Counted from the first letter of the stretch, positions 26,290 through 38,380 are shown. The stretch: DNA of 64,000 bases from Octopus bimaculoides (GCF_001194135.2 NC_068985.1:49244605-49308604), one strand, 5' to 3'. The notes: generated by a model not told the origin, from the sequence alone. A program made the numbers and translations.

Positions 26290-26640
26290 TTGAAGTGATG
26301 GGGTGAGGTAGTAGTAGTAGTAGTGATATTGTTGTGGTGTGAGGAATGGTCATAATGAGATTGTGGTGAAAGTGGTATGGGCGGTATTGACAGATATAAT
26401 AATGGATGAGCTGGTGTTAGTGGTAGAGGCGATAATGATGGTGATGGTGGTGGTGGTGAAAGTACAATTGGTGATGCTGATGGTAGTACTGGTGGTACAA
26501 TGAATGGTGGTGGTGGTGATAAAGAAAGTACAGTGGGTGATATTGATGCAGATGATGATAGTAGAATTGACAATAGTGAAAATACAGGTAGCAGTAGTGG
26601 TGAGAGTATAGGTTTTGACAAACATGGTGGTGGTGGTAAT
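26290..26640. repeat. Low-complexity (GGT/GAT/AGT)-rich tract
   Basis: Degenerate trinucleotide runs inside an FGD intron. A similar tract lies at about 36740-36800. Confidence 0.8.
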
Positions 26641-26888
26641 GTATGTTTTATAAAACCCAAAACTATAATTATTATCGAAATAATGTTAATGAGAGAATCG
26701 TTAAAGTCTGCATAGTGGTTGTTGTTTAGCACAAAGTCATCCTTGACTGAGCAAAACCTATGATCAAAAAGCTTCCAATTTTAATTATCCCATCTTTTAT
26801 GTATGCAAAACAACCAAAAGAAACAAAAAATGAAAAAAAATAAACATCTATCCAATAACCAAAATAAATTAAGTATCGGTATAATTAC

Positions 26889-27041
26889 CTCTAAAATATT
26901 TCTCTTCTCATATGGGGATTCTCCGTTGTTCCTAGTGACAACAGCATCCAACATTTCAAAACATTTGTCACAAACTCGGTTTAGTTTATTATCATCGTAC
27001 AGTAGAGGAAGTTTTCGAGATGAACATTTTCCACACACGAC
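26889..27041 (-). CDS. FGD: FGD exon (FYVE C-half): VVCGKCSSRKLPLLYDDNKLNRVCDKCFEMLDAVVTRNNGESPYEKRNILE
   Basis: Acceptor TTATTTGTTACAG, donor GAG|GTAATT. 153 nt, phase 0 to 0. Lies inside ORF track entry 26781-27086. Confidence 0.96.
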
Positions 27042-27208
27042 CTGTAACAAATAAAACATTAATTTTTTACAGTTATCATTGCACAATCATTATATTTCTT
27101 TTAAAATTGATATCTGTAAGTGGCACTCATGAAATCATAGTCATAGCCATTGCTGGTGCCATGTAAATGGCACCTGTGAAATCAGAGTTGGGCTGTTGCC
27201 GGTGCCTT

Positions 27209-27736
27209 ACTCTTTTACTCTTTTACTTGTTTCAGTCATTTGACTGCAGCCATGCTGGAGCACCACCTTTAGTCAAGCAAATAGACCCCAGGACTTATTC
27301 TTTGTAAGCCTAGTACTTATTCTATTGGTCTCTTATGCCGAACCGCTAAGTTACGGGGACATAAACACACCAGCATCGGTTGTCAAGCGATGTTGGGAGG
27401 AACAAACACAGACACACAAACACAGGCACACACACACACACACATATATATAGACTAATTTTTATTCTCGCTGGACCACTGGTGGTAAATTAAATTTCTA
27501 AAATTTCTTTTTGCTGCCCTATGATTTATTAATAATGATTATATATATATATATATATATACATACATATATACGACGGTCTTCTTTCAGTTTCCATCTA
27601 CCAAATCCACTCACAAGGCTTTGGTCGGCCCGCGGCTATAGTAGAAGACACTTGCCCAAAGTGCCACACAGTGGGACTGAACCCGGAACCATGTGATTGG
27701 TAAGCAAGCTATTTACCACACAACCACTCCTGCGCC
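27209..27736 (-). mobile_element. tRNA-derived SINE with internal (TA/CA)n, full-length, young-looking copy
   Basis: Head GGCGCAGGAGTGGTTGTGTGGTAA..GGTTCAGTCCC and tail TGACTGAAACAAGTAAAAGAG. Other copies occur near 13534-13935, 22356-22750, 24240-24470, 33468-33885, 52549-53192 and 60586-60790. Confidence 0.8.
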
Positions 27737-28714
27737 TAGTAAATAAATGGCACCCATGGATCATAGTCGTAGTTATGGTTGTTGATGGTACCATGTAAAT
27801 GGCACCAGTGAATCGTAGTATACAGACATGTGCGTGGGGGGGGGGTCTCCTTGTCTTAGCATCATATGCTAGTTGTGATTGTGTGCTACTGTTATGCAAG
27901 TGGTGTCATTCATTTCCAGTCTCCCATTAAAACATGTCCAGACAAAGGGAAATATTACAGCACTTGGAAACAGCTGAGTGTTGGCAACAGTAAGGGTATC
28001 CAACTGTAGAAATTGTACTTCAATGAATTCCTTATTTCCCCATGTAAGAATGGAAAGTGGACATTAATATGATGATGATGATGATCTTGAAATTCTGCTT
28101 ATCCACCATCATTTGGGAGGGAAATTATTGAGTTCAAATTTTGGCACAAGGCCAGCACTTTACAGGGAGTGGGGTTTAAATCGATTACATCAACCCCAGT
28201 GCTCAATTGGTACTTATTTTATTGACCCCTACAGAATGAAAGGAAAAGTTGACCTTGACAGAATTTGAACTCAGAACATAAAGATGGCTGAAATACCATT
28301 TAGCAGTCTGCCTGGCATGCTAATAATTCTCCCAGCTTGCTGCCTTAGGTAGAGAAATTATTGAATGATGTTTGATTGTCACATTGACAGATTGTCTGAT
28401 AATGAGATTACTTAGATCACTTGTGTTTCAGCACTATTTGTATGACAAAATTTCTAACATGTATAGACTGCCAATGTGATGCAATTAATTTTCGAAACTA
28501 AAACTAATTAAGAATAAATTATTAAAATAACAGTAATTTCTATATTTATTGTTATTGTTGTTGTTTAATTACCAGTTAGCTCTGATTGAGTAATCCTATG
28601 ATCAAGACTCTTCCAGCCATGACTATGCCATCTTTTTTGTATAGCAATGACTGCATTGTTAAATATAGTCTTCTTTATTTAAGTCATTTGGATACTATTT
28701 CTAGTAACCTGGGC

Positions 28715-28753
<39 letters not shown>

Positions 28754-29091
28754 CTTACATCTGTCACCCAACTGTTTGTATTTTCTCTCTCTCTATTTTC
28801 CTTCCTTCTTTCACTTTCTCCTGAACATATTTTTGCGATCAACCTACTCACATACAATCTCTCTCTCTTTCTGTGTGTAATACATAGATATACATACACA
28901 TAAGTAAATAACAATAGATAGATAATGGTTCATTCACTACAACAGTTTCCAGCGAGTTTTTTTTTTATTGATGAATAGAGATATTACATCATGTGGAAAA
29001 AAAACACTTTCATCAGGTGAAGATACAGGAATTACTTGTTCAAAAAATATTCCAAAAATCACCAGTTTGTGCCACTATATGTGCCACAACA

Positions 29092-29135
<44 letters not shown>

Positions 29136-29963
29136 NNNNNNNNNNNNNNNNNNNNNNNNNNNNNNNNNNNNNNNNNNNNNNNNNNNNNNNNNNNNNNNNN
29201 NNNNNNNNNNNNNNNNNNNNNNNNNNNNNNNNNNNNNNNNNNNNNNNNNNNNNNNNNNNNNNNNNNNNNNNNNNNNNNNNNNNNNNNNNNNNNNNNNNNN
29301 NNNNNNNNNNNNNNNNNNNNNNNNNNNNNNNNNNNNNNNNNNNNNNNNNNNNNNNNNNNNNNNNNNNNNNNNNNNNNNNNNNNNNNNNNNNNNNNNNNNN
29401 NNNNATATATATATATATATATATGCATATATATGTGTATGTGTGTGTGCATATATATACACATGCACATATATAAAAAAAATCCGCCACTCTGTTGGAA
29501 CAGCCTGCACATGAAATTGATATGCTAGTAGCTGGGCACGCATATCCTTAATGTAGTTCTCAAGGAGATTCAGTATAACACTGAATGTGACAAGGTTGGC
29601 CCTTTGAAATACATGTACAACTCATTTTTGCCAGCAGAGTAGACTGGAGCAACATGAAATAAAGTGTCTTGCTCCAGGATACAATGTGCTGCGAGGAATC
29701 AAACTCATGGCCTTACGATTAGGAGCTGAATACCCTAAACACCAAGGCATGCAACTTCACACACAGATTTACATATAGACACATACACACTCCTAAGTTG
29801 ACAGTTTCACCTTGTCTTTTCTTTATGTAGTATATGACAATGTGTGATTATCATACACAAACACACATATATACAACATAGGAGAAACCATGTGAAATAG
29901 CAACACTTAGAGTATGGAGGGAGCACTCCAACTTCTCATAGGAATGGCAAAATGTATACTTAC

Positions 29964-30086
29964 ATAACCACAAGCTCGGCAGTGATGTCTGCGGCGGAAA
30001 GTGGTAAACTGGTTGCTACAGAGCATACACATACTTGCAGCGTCATCTTTAATCCATCGAGGTGCCCGTTTGCCCACATCATCATC
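29964..30086 (-). CDS. FGD: FGD exon (FYVE N-half): [41 protein letters not shown]
   Basis: Acceptor TTTTTATCGCAG, donor TAT|GTAAGT. 123 nt, phase 0 to 0. WxxD and RRHHCR motifs. Confidence 0.97.
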
Positions 30087-30253
30087 CTGCGATAAAAATA
30101 AGGAAAGGGTAACAGATATTACAGTCTTTTTCCTTCGTTATTTAAGCCTGCAAGGCAGTGATTCTGAAATGATATATCATGGCATAATGGTGTTCTACAA
30201 GGAGTATTTAAATGTGCCACAGATTTTAGAAAATATATGTTAAGGCTTTGATG

Positions 30254-30601
30254 CAGGGGTTCTCAATCATTTTTTTTTTATTTATGGATCCCTTTTGACT
30301 ACTATTCTATTCTGGTGGACCCCCATAGCCATTTGATGCTTAAAAACTAGTTTTACAGATGTTTCTATCAAAATTCCTATTTTGCTAATTATGCATTCAC
30401 TTTCGTAGGTTGAACAATATAAAGTGTGAGAGGAAGAAATCTAACTGCTTCTTGCAAAAAAATACATCTAAAGTTAAATTACTCCATGGATTCTTAATGA
30501 ACCACTGTGAATCCCAAATTTACTATTTTACTTGCATGGATCCCCTAAAGTCTTATATGGACACCCCCAGGGGTCGTATGGATCATGATTGAGAAATACT
30601 G
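30254..30601. mobile_element. hAT-type MITE (same family)
   Basis: CAGGGGTTCTCAATC...GATTGAGAAATACTG. 8-bp flanks CTTTGATG and CTTTAATG. Confidence 0.78.
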
Positions 30602-30638
30602 CTTTAATGCTTCAGCTTTAATACTGCTTTAATACTTC

Positions 30639-30704
30639 TGTGGTAGAAGTAGACCCAGGAAGACATGGGATGAGGTGGTGAAGCATGATCTTCAAACTTT
30701 GGGC
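30639..30704 (+). mobile_element. Short RTE ORF fragment
   Basis: GRSRPRKTWDEVVKHDLQTLG, the typical RTE C-terminal motif. Confidence 0.65.
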
Positions 30705-31112
30705 CAAGTCTCCATACTGAAAATAATCTCTCCTCTTTCTCTCATCCACTCACAAATCTTGAGGACCCTCAAACAAGTCATGGGTTTCACCTTCCTGTTC
30801 CAAATAAATCATGGGAAAAGAATAAGCATAAGGCATTTTAGATAAACTCCTGAGTCCAAAGAAACTAGTAGCAGTGTACATTGGCAATAAGTAATCTACA
30901 GCAGAATTCCAAGAAATATTTAATAAGCTCAATTGCTGTAAGGAGGAATGAAGACTAACATTTTTGGGACCTTGCCTTTCCTCTGAGCTACTTAGATTTT
31001 TGGACCCTTTTATGATTTACCAACTTCCTACCTTTATCTTGTGTAGAATATTAAATATGTTGTTGGTTTCTAAATGTTACAGTAAAAAAAGAGTTAAGAA
31101 TAATTGACTTAC

Positions 31113-31199
31113 CTCTTCAATGTACATTTTCTGTGCTTTCTCTATGGTTCGCATAGACTGTTTGCGATTATTAAAGTCATCTATTGTCAATTTTATAAT
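31113..31199 (-). CDS. FGD: FGD exon (PH1-FYVE linker): IIKLTIDDFNNRKQSMRTIEKAQKMYIEE
   Basis: Acceptor TTTTTTTGCTTCTAG, donor GAG|GTAAGT. 87 nt, phase 0 to 0. Aligns to ALQETIDAF..R..TFR. Confidence 0.9.
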
Positions 31200-31544
31200 C
31201 TAGAAGCAAAAAAAAAAAATATATATATATATTTATATAATCCAATGCATAGTTGCATGGAAAAGCAGACGTTAAATGGTAATTTTCACTGGACTGGCAC
31301 ACTGGAAGGCTGCACCAGGATCTAATCTGATTTGGCATGGTCTTCTATGGCTGGATACCCTTCTTAACACCAACCATTCTGAGAGTGTAATGAGTGCTTT
31401 TACATGCCACTGGCATGGGTACCATTTGCATGACACTGGTATCTGCCACAACTGCGATTTTGCTCGGCTTGATGGGTCTTCTTCTCAAGCATGACATAAT
31501 ACCAAAGGTCTTGGCCATTGTCTCTGTGAGACCCAACACTCAAA

Positions 31545-31687
31545 AAGAGCTTGGCCACTTTGGCTCCATGAGGCCCGTTCGAAAGGAACTCAGCCACCTT
31601 GCTTCCATGAGGCCCAATACTTGAAAGGAATTCAGCCACTTTGCCTCCATGCACCCAGGAGCTCGGCCACTTTGCCTCCATGAGGCA
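31545..31687 (+). repeat. Minisatellite, about 4 copies of a 30-40 bp unit
   Basis: Recurring GCCACTTTGCCTCCATGAGGC motif, adjacent to an old RTE-tail copy. Confidence 0.7.
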
Positions 31688-32775
31688 AAGAAAAATTAAA
31701 ATCTGTCTCAAGCCTGCAGGCTCAGGCAGGAGCTTATTCAAGTTTCTAAAGCATATAAGCAACTGTAAGTGCAAGACTACTTCCTGAAAGGGACACCAAA
31801 CCATTTCAGTTATTGCTGGTACTTATTTTCTGCTGAGTGGACTGAGGCAACATGAAATGAAATGCCAGACATTATCCACAAAGCATTGGTCAACATTGAT
31901 GTTATGATAGAAGGCACTTTCCCAATGTTCCATGCAATGGGATTGAACGTGAAGCCACCTGGTTATGAAATCAATTTCTTATCCACATGACTATGCCAAG
32001 CACCTTGCTGTCAAGATAAAGCATGAATAATTCAAAACAATGTGAATGAATAAGTATTACATCTGATAGAATAATCTGAATGCTAAAGAGTTGAACCTAC
32101 TGCCATAAAGAGAGCAGTTCCAACGACAGGGAAATGTTTAACAATAGTAGCTTATCTCAGCATGATAAAAATACAAAAGTAAAGTTCCTTCCGAAGCCAT
32201 GTAGACTCATGGGGTCAGTTTCCCTGTTTCCATGGTGAATATATTCCCCACTTAGATGGGATGCCAGTCCGTCACAGGATTACGCATTTTTGCTAGCTGA
32301 GTGAACTGAAGCAACAGGAAATGAAGTGTTTTGCTCAAGAACACAATGTGTCAGCCAGTCCAGGAATCGAAACCACAATCTTACAATCCTGAATCCAACA
32401 CTCTTACCACTAAACCATGCACCTTCATGCTTCGACAGGATAAGGGTATCAAAATTAAAGGACAACATGAAATGATGAGACAATATATAAAGTACATTCA
32501 TATAAACTGATTGCTCACTTGGGAGAAACCACCACTGCATATGTTGCATTGAAGGTTGAACATCTTGGCAAGATACCTATTGCTGATACTGTTTGGCTCT
32601 GATCAAGCAGGCTAATAGTCATAGGCAATTCAGCTACGACCATCTTAATTATTTGTTTATCTAGGACTACATTATGCAATGTAGCTTTCATTTTCCAAAG
32701 AAGTCAAGGTGTGATTTAAGTGATATTTTCATTATTTACATTTGACGGATATTCGTCCTCATCTTGTTTGTTGTT

Positions 32776-32821
32776 AACACAACGTTTCGGCTGATATACC
32801 CTCCAGCCTTCGTCAGGTGTC
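32776..32821 (-). ncRNA. Identical hammerhead motif in the left arm, sense to FGD intron
   Basis: Exact reverse complement of 33075-33120. Confidence 0.75.
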
Positions 32822-32865
32822 TTGGGGAAATTTCGAACCTGGGTTCTCATTCCTATCGATGTTAC

Positions 32866-32897
<32 letters not shown>

Positions 32898-32911
32898 TAT
32901 TATTATTATTA

Positions 32912-32947
<36 letters not shown>

Positions 32948-33074
32948 TATTAATCAGGTTGCTGCCGTGAATCGAACTCGGAACCTTGGGGTTAGTAGCC
33001 CGCGCTCTTAACCACTACGCCATATGCCTGTGGGCATCGATAGGAATGAGAACCCAGGTTCAAAATTTCCCCAA

Positions 33075-33120
33075 GACACCTGACGAAGGCTGGAGGGTAT
33101 ATCAGCCGAAACGTTGTGTT
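33075..33120 (+). ncRNA. Type I minimal hammerhead ribozyme motif in the right arm of an inverted repeat
   Basis: GACAC-CTGACGA-A-GGCTG(GAGGGTATAT)CAGCC-GAAA-CG-TT^GTGTT. Stem I is GACAC/GTGTT, stem II is 5 bp, stem III is the palindrome ACGT (dimer-type), and the triplet is GUU. Confidence 0.75.
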
Positions 33121-33950
33121 AACAACAAACAAGATGAGGACGAATATTCGTCAAATGTAAATAATGTAAATAATTCCTCATCTCTTAAATATAGAACTGT
33201 ACTAAGTGATATTTTGTTGCTATATTTGGCAAGACAGTTAATTCTGCTTGGTTAAGGGCATCAAGTTTATTTTTAAAACTTTTAGTTTCACATCTGTTTT
33301 CCTATGGTAGAATAACTTATATCAGTAGTACTAAAACAGTGCACCACAAGAGGTATCTAGGTGCATGGTAGGTTTTAAAGATTATATTATACAAGGCTTT
33401 AGAAAATTCATACTAATAGTTAAGTATTTTGAAAAACAAGTTATTTATAATTTTGTTATACATAAATAGGCATGGCTATGTGATAAGAAGCTTGCTTCCC
33501 AACACATGGTTCCAAGTTTAGTTCCACTGTGTGGCACATTGGGCAAGTGTTTTCAACTATAGCCTCAGGCTGAACAAAGCCTTGTGAGTTGATTTGGTAG
33601 ATGGAAACTGAAAGAAGCCCATTGTGTGTATATATGTGTGTGTGAGTGTGTGTATATGTCATTGTGTCTGTGTGTGTGTGTGTGTGCCCCCCCCCCCATA
33701 ATCACATGATAACTAGTATTAGTGTGTTTGAATGTCCACAACTTAGCGGTTTGACAAAGAGACCAATAGAATAAGTACTAGAGTTTAAAAATAAGTCCTG
33801 AGGTTGATTTGTACAACTAAAACCTTTCAAGGTGGGTCTCCAGCATGGCCACAGTCAAATGACTGAAACAAGTAAAAGAATAAAAGTATGATTGATAAGA
33901 CAAGGTAACTAACAGCTTTTGTGATAATGATGAAATGGTAATATACTTAC

Positions 33951-33984
33951 ACAGAACCAGCAGCTCGGATCATCTATTTGACCA
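33951..33984 (-). CDS. FGD: FGD micro-exon (PH1 C-terminal helix): (D)GQIDDPSCWFC
   Basis: Acceptor TTTAATTTTATTCCAG, donor TGT|GTAAGT. 34 nt, phase 2 to 0. It restores the frame and supplies the conserved PH tryptophan. Confidence 0.85.
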
Positions 33985-34602
33985 CTGGAATAAAATTAAA
34001 AACATATTTTGTATTAGCACAGAGATAACATAACATTTTCATGTAACTTCATACACACATAAGTACCTCAAATCCATATATACATACATACCCTATATAT
34101 GTGTGTATATATGTATATATAATATAGGTAGTTGGGATAAATCTCAGCTGTTTCCTTTTGAAGCATGTCTAACACATAAAACTTTGTAATTCCTATTAGC
34201 AAATGAAACATTTGTAATGGTGAATAGATAATACCAAAAATTCCCAATTTCTTTTGTTATATATATACACAAAAGTAGTTATAATCCATATATATGTACA
34301 TGACCTACATATGTATATGATCTATATATGCATGCATACATACATACATACTCTATATTATATATATAACCTATACATATATCATCATCATTTGACATCC
34401 ACTTTCCCATGTTTGCCTGGTCAGAAAGAATTTGTCGAGGTAGATACCTTTCGTGTTGCTTACTCTCACTTGTTTCCAAGCAAACTAATATTTCTCCATG
34501 GCTGCACATATTTTCATAGAAGATCGGAAATGAATGAATAGCTTTGCTTGTATGATTATGATGCTCATTTACAACCATCATATGATGTCAAAATAGTGTA
34601 CG

Positions 34603-34642
<40 letters not shown>

Positions 34643-34898
34643 AAAGTTATGTAAGAAAAAATTCATTCTTTGTCTGATAGTTGTGTATGACAAGCTTTTT
34701 TGCAGTTTCTGTATAACAAATCCACTCACAAGGCTTTGGTTGGCCTGGGGCTATAGAAAACAGTTTTCCAAGATACCATACATGGGGACAGAACTTCAGA
34801 CCAAATGGCTGGGAACCAAGCTTTTCAACCTCATGATCATGCTTGTGTCTAGACATACATTACATACACAACCTATGCATACATACAAAACCTATATA

Positions 34899-35792
34899 TT
34901 GGGTTGAGGAATAATTCATGAGCATTTTTTCTCAAATTCAAAAATGCACCCAGAAATAAGTTGCATTGACAAAATGTTTCATGTTATTTGAAAGAGAATT
35001 TTTTGCTCTACAATGTTTTGATCATTAATCTTATTGATTTTTGTGTATCTTCAGATCATTAAAAGGGAATGTCAAATGGAGAAAACTGAGCATTTTCGAC
35101 ACCATTTGCTTTTTGCATTTAATCGAGGTGTTAAGCCTGCCAAAGCTGCTCATGAGATTTGTGCTGTGTATGGAGAAGGAGCAATGCTTCAAAATACTGC
35201 CAGCTGTTGGTTTACGCACTTCAAAATGGGAATTTTGACCTCAAGAACAGATCACACACCAGTCGACCAATTGAGTTCAATGAACCTTAACCATTGAGTG
35301 AAGGTGGTTCACTACAGATTTTTGATCACAAGCCATCTGCTTCGCCAATTCTTTGGTCATTGAACATAGATTTTCCTGAAGACGTTGATTCAATTGCACT
35401 TCATCAAACTCAATTGGTCGACTGGTGTGTGATCTGTCCTTGAGGTCTATATTCTCATTTCTGAAGCATGAAACCCAATGGTGAGCGGTACTTTGAGGCA
35501 TTGCTCCTTCTCCATACACAACACGAATGTCATGAACCACTTCAGCAGGCTTAACACCTTGATTAAATGCAAAAGGTAAATAGTGTTGAAAATGCTCAGT
35601 TTTGTTCACTTGACATTCCATTTTAATGATCTGAAAATACACAAAAATCAATAAAATTAAAAAATCAAAACACACTATCTTGTAGAGCAAAAAATTCTCT
35701 TTCGAATAACATAAAACATTTCATCAATGCATTTTATTTCTGCATGCATTTTTAAATTTGAAAAATCGTTCATGAATTTTTCCTCAACCCAA
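34899..35792. mobile_element. Mariner-derived foldback element made of two left arms in inverted orientation
   Basis: TA-TTGGGTTGAGGAATAATTCATG at the left and its near reverse complement plus TA at the right. Both arms encode the mariner N-terminal HTH inward (EHFRHHLLFAFNRG..EICAVYGEG on +; EHFQHYLPFAFNQG..DIRVVYGEG..SRPIEFD on -). No catalytic domain. Confidence 0.9.
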
Positions 35793-36452
35793 TACAGTCA
35801 TGCATTATATATATATATAGTCAATTCAGATAAACAACCAATTCAAATAAACGAATAATACGATTTAACAGACAACAAGAGGACATGCACAAGGAATGTA
35901 TTAACTTGACACTTGGTAAAAACAGAGTGTTTGATGTTTCAAGCATCGCTCTTTGTCAGAAAGGAGAAAGGGAAAAGTCCAAAGAAGGAAAAGAAATCAC
36001 CAACAACATGTGTGTGTGTATGTATATATATATACAAACACATACATGCCAACAAAAATATAAAAAAAGATGCAGCAAAGAACCACATGCTGTTAAACAT
36101 TATNNNNNNNNNNNNNNNNNNNNNNNNNNNNNNNNNNNNNNNNNNNNNNNNNNNNNNNNNNNNNNNNNNNNNNNNNNNNNNNNNNNNNNNNNNNNNNNNN
36201 NNNNNNNNNNNNNNNNNNNNNNNNNNNNNNNNNNNNNNNNNNNNNNNNNNNNNNNNNNNNNNNNNNNNNNNNNNNNNNNNNNNNNNNNNNNNNNNNNNNN
36301 NNNNNNNNNNNNNNNNNNNNNNNNNNNNNNNNNNNNNNNNNNNNNNNNNNNNNNNNNNNNNNNNNNNNNNNTATATATATTCACATATTCATACACACAC
36401 ACACACACACACACAAACACTCACACAGGAGATATGTAGACTGTATACATAC

Positions 36453-36523
36453 TCATTTAGTAACTCGATAGTCTTCTCGGTGCTCTGCACGTAAAACGAA
36501 TTTGGGAGGTCAGCTTGGTTCAC
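36453..36523 (-). CDS. FGD: FGD exon (PH1): VNQADLPNSFYVQSTEKTIELLN(D)
   Basis: Acceptor TAATTTCTAG, donor TGA|GTATGT. 71 nt, phase 0 to 2. Aligns to FGD PHTFQVSGKERTLEL. Confidence 0.88.
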
Positions 36524-37641
36524 CTAGAAATTACACATGCACGGTTATAAAAATAAAGATTAAAAATAACAACATAGCAAAATAAAACAGAAACTCTAAT
36601 TTAGGACTATCTTAGTTGTGGTGAGGGTGGTGGGCCATGTGTAATGAAGACAGAGAGAGAGAAGTGATATGTTGATGACTGCATAGAGGTGTCATGTCTG
36701 GTAGAGCAGCAGAGAGACAGGGATAAAAGAGACGGTGTGCTGGTAGTGGTGGTGGTGGCAGTGGTGGTGGTGGTGGCAGCAGTGGTGGTGGTGTATGAAA
36801 CGGATTGTATGTGACTGATTACCAAGGGATAAAACCTGTCTCCAGCAGAAGGAAGCGGACAGGAGTCCAAAGAAATAGGATCAGAATGTGTAACAGTGTG
36901 GTGTGACTGAAGTTGTTGATGATGATGATGGTTAGTGTTCTAATGCTGACCATCTGGTTGTTTGTTTTTGTTTTCTTTTGTTCGTTTGTTTTTTTTGTCC
37001 TGTTAGTATAGTATATCTAGGAAAACCTCTAATCATTATCATCAACATCATAATCGTCATCATCATCATCATCATCATCGTCGTCGTTGTCATCTCTAAT
37101 ATGTCTTCCAATCTTTTAGGATGGTGGAATATGATACAAGGCAGATTTGGTTACAATTTCTAACAAATATAACAAATATAACAAAAGTGGAAGAAACTTG
37201 CAGAATAGTAACATATATAACATATAAGAAGTGGTAAAAGGTGATCTTATGAAGCTCAACTTCACCAAAGAGATGATAAGGGACTGCAATAGATGATGTG
37301 AATCTATGCTGGCCTGATTCTTCATCAGTTATGACAATAAGTGTTCCAGTTGATTCAATCAATGGAATAACCTGCTCATGTGGCTGAGAAATCCACAGAC
37401 ACATGTACCCTCAATATAGTTCTCAGTGTGACACACTGAATGTGAAAAGGCTGGCCCAATAAACTACATGTATAACTCATTTTTGCCAGCTGAGTTGACT
37501 GGAACAACATGAAATAAAGTGTCTTGCTCAAGAACACATGCCATCAGGAATCAAATTCATGACCTTACAACTGTGAGCCAGATACCCTAGCCTCTAAGCC
37601 CTGTGTCTTCACTGAAGCTGTGCTGAAGAAACCTCCTAAAC

Positions 37642-37993
37642 CAGGGGCTCTCAACCATTTTTTTTATCTACAAGCCCCTTTGATTACTATTTTATTCTGG
37701 TGATCCCCATAACTATTTGATGTTTAAAAACTAGTTTTATAGAAACTTCTTTTAAAATTCCTATTTTATTTTACACACATTAATTTGTGTAAGTTGAACT
37801 ATGTAAAATGCTAGAGAAAAAAACCTAGCTGTTTCTTGCAATATATACCAATACATACATCTAATGCAAAATTTTTTTAAAGAGCTCCTTAAAATACTGT
37901 TGTGGGTCCCCAATTTACTATTTTGTTAGGTGGATCCCCAAAAGTTTTATATGGCCCCTCAGGTGCCATATAGACACTGGTTGAGAACCACTG
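37642..37993. mobile_element. hAT-type MITE
   Basis: TIRs CAGGGGCTCTCAACC and GGTTGAGAACCACTG. 8-bp flanks TCCTAAAC and CCCTAAGC. Confidence 0.8.
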
Positions 37994-38204
37994 CCCTAAG
38001 CCATGTATATATGAAAAAAATGAACATGCAATGATAATGATTATGCTGTTGTTTAATTACAGCTCAATCTTAATTCACTTGACCTGTGATCAAAAGCATT
38101 CTAGCTTTGACCATCTCATCTTTCTGGGTGTGGATAGCAATAAAGACAAGTAATAATAGTGTGAGGGCATGAGTGATTATACACACACGCGCGTGCGTGC
38201 GCGC

Positions 38205-38237
<33 letters not shown>

Positions 38238-38296
38238 TGTGTTTCATTGATAAATCAAAAATTTAATGAGTAAGACAGTAAAAACATAAGACCAAC

Positions 38297-38380
38297 CTGC
38301 ATCCCATCGATAGTCATACTAGCTCTTATCTTGTAGGTACCAAGGAGAGGTTCACTACACACCAACATCAAGTCATTAAA
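38297..38380 (-). CDS. FGD: FGD exon (PH1): FNDLMLVCSEPLLGTYKIRASMTIDGMQ
   Basis: Acceptor TTCTTATTGCAG, donor CAG|GTTGGT. 84 nt, phase 0 to 0. Matches FNNMLLYC..IDGM. Confidence 0.93.

Larger units (their letters stand above)
32730..33200. mobile_element. Penelope-like non-autonomous element: 132-bp inverted arms around (TAT)n and a tRNA-derived head
   Basis: Arms 32730-32861 and 33035-33166 differ at 2 positions and each carries a hammerhead. The loop holds a microsatellite (32862-32953) and a minus-strand tRNA-like segment (32954-33029) with A and B boxes. Confidence 0.7.

Noticed and set aside
26277-26732. 151-aa Pro/Ser/Leu-rich ORF and overlapping ORFs
   Set aside because: Products of a low-complexity trinucleotide tract in an intron. 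The flanking FGD exons join in frame without it.
32954-33029. tRNA gene (apparent ACT anticodon) on the minus strand
   Set aside because: The acceptor stem does not pair (AGGCATA against CAGCAAC), and the sequence runs into (AAT)n within a repeat. It is a SINE-type head, not a tRNA.
37096-37404. 102-aa minus-strand ORF in the PH1 region
   Set aside because: No PH similarity. The plus strand reads as an eroded LINE end (VKGDLMKLNFTKEM) next to a SINE. The true exon is 36453-36523.
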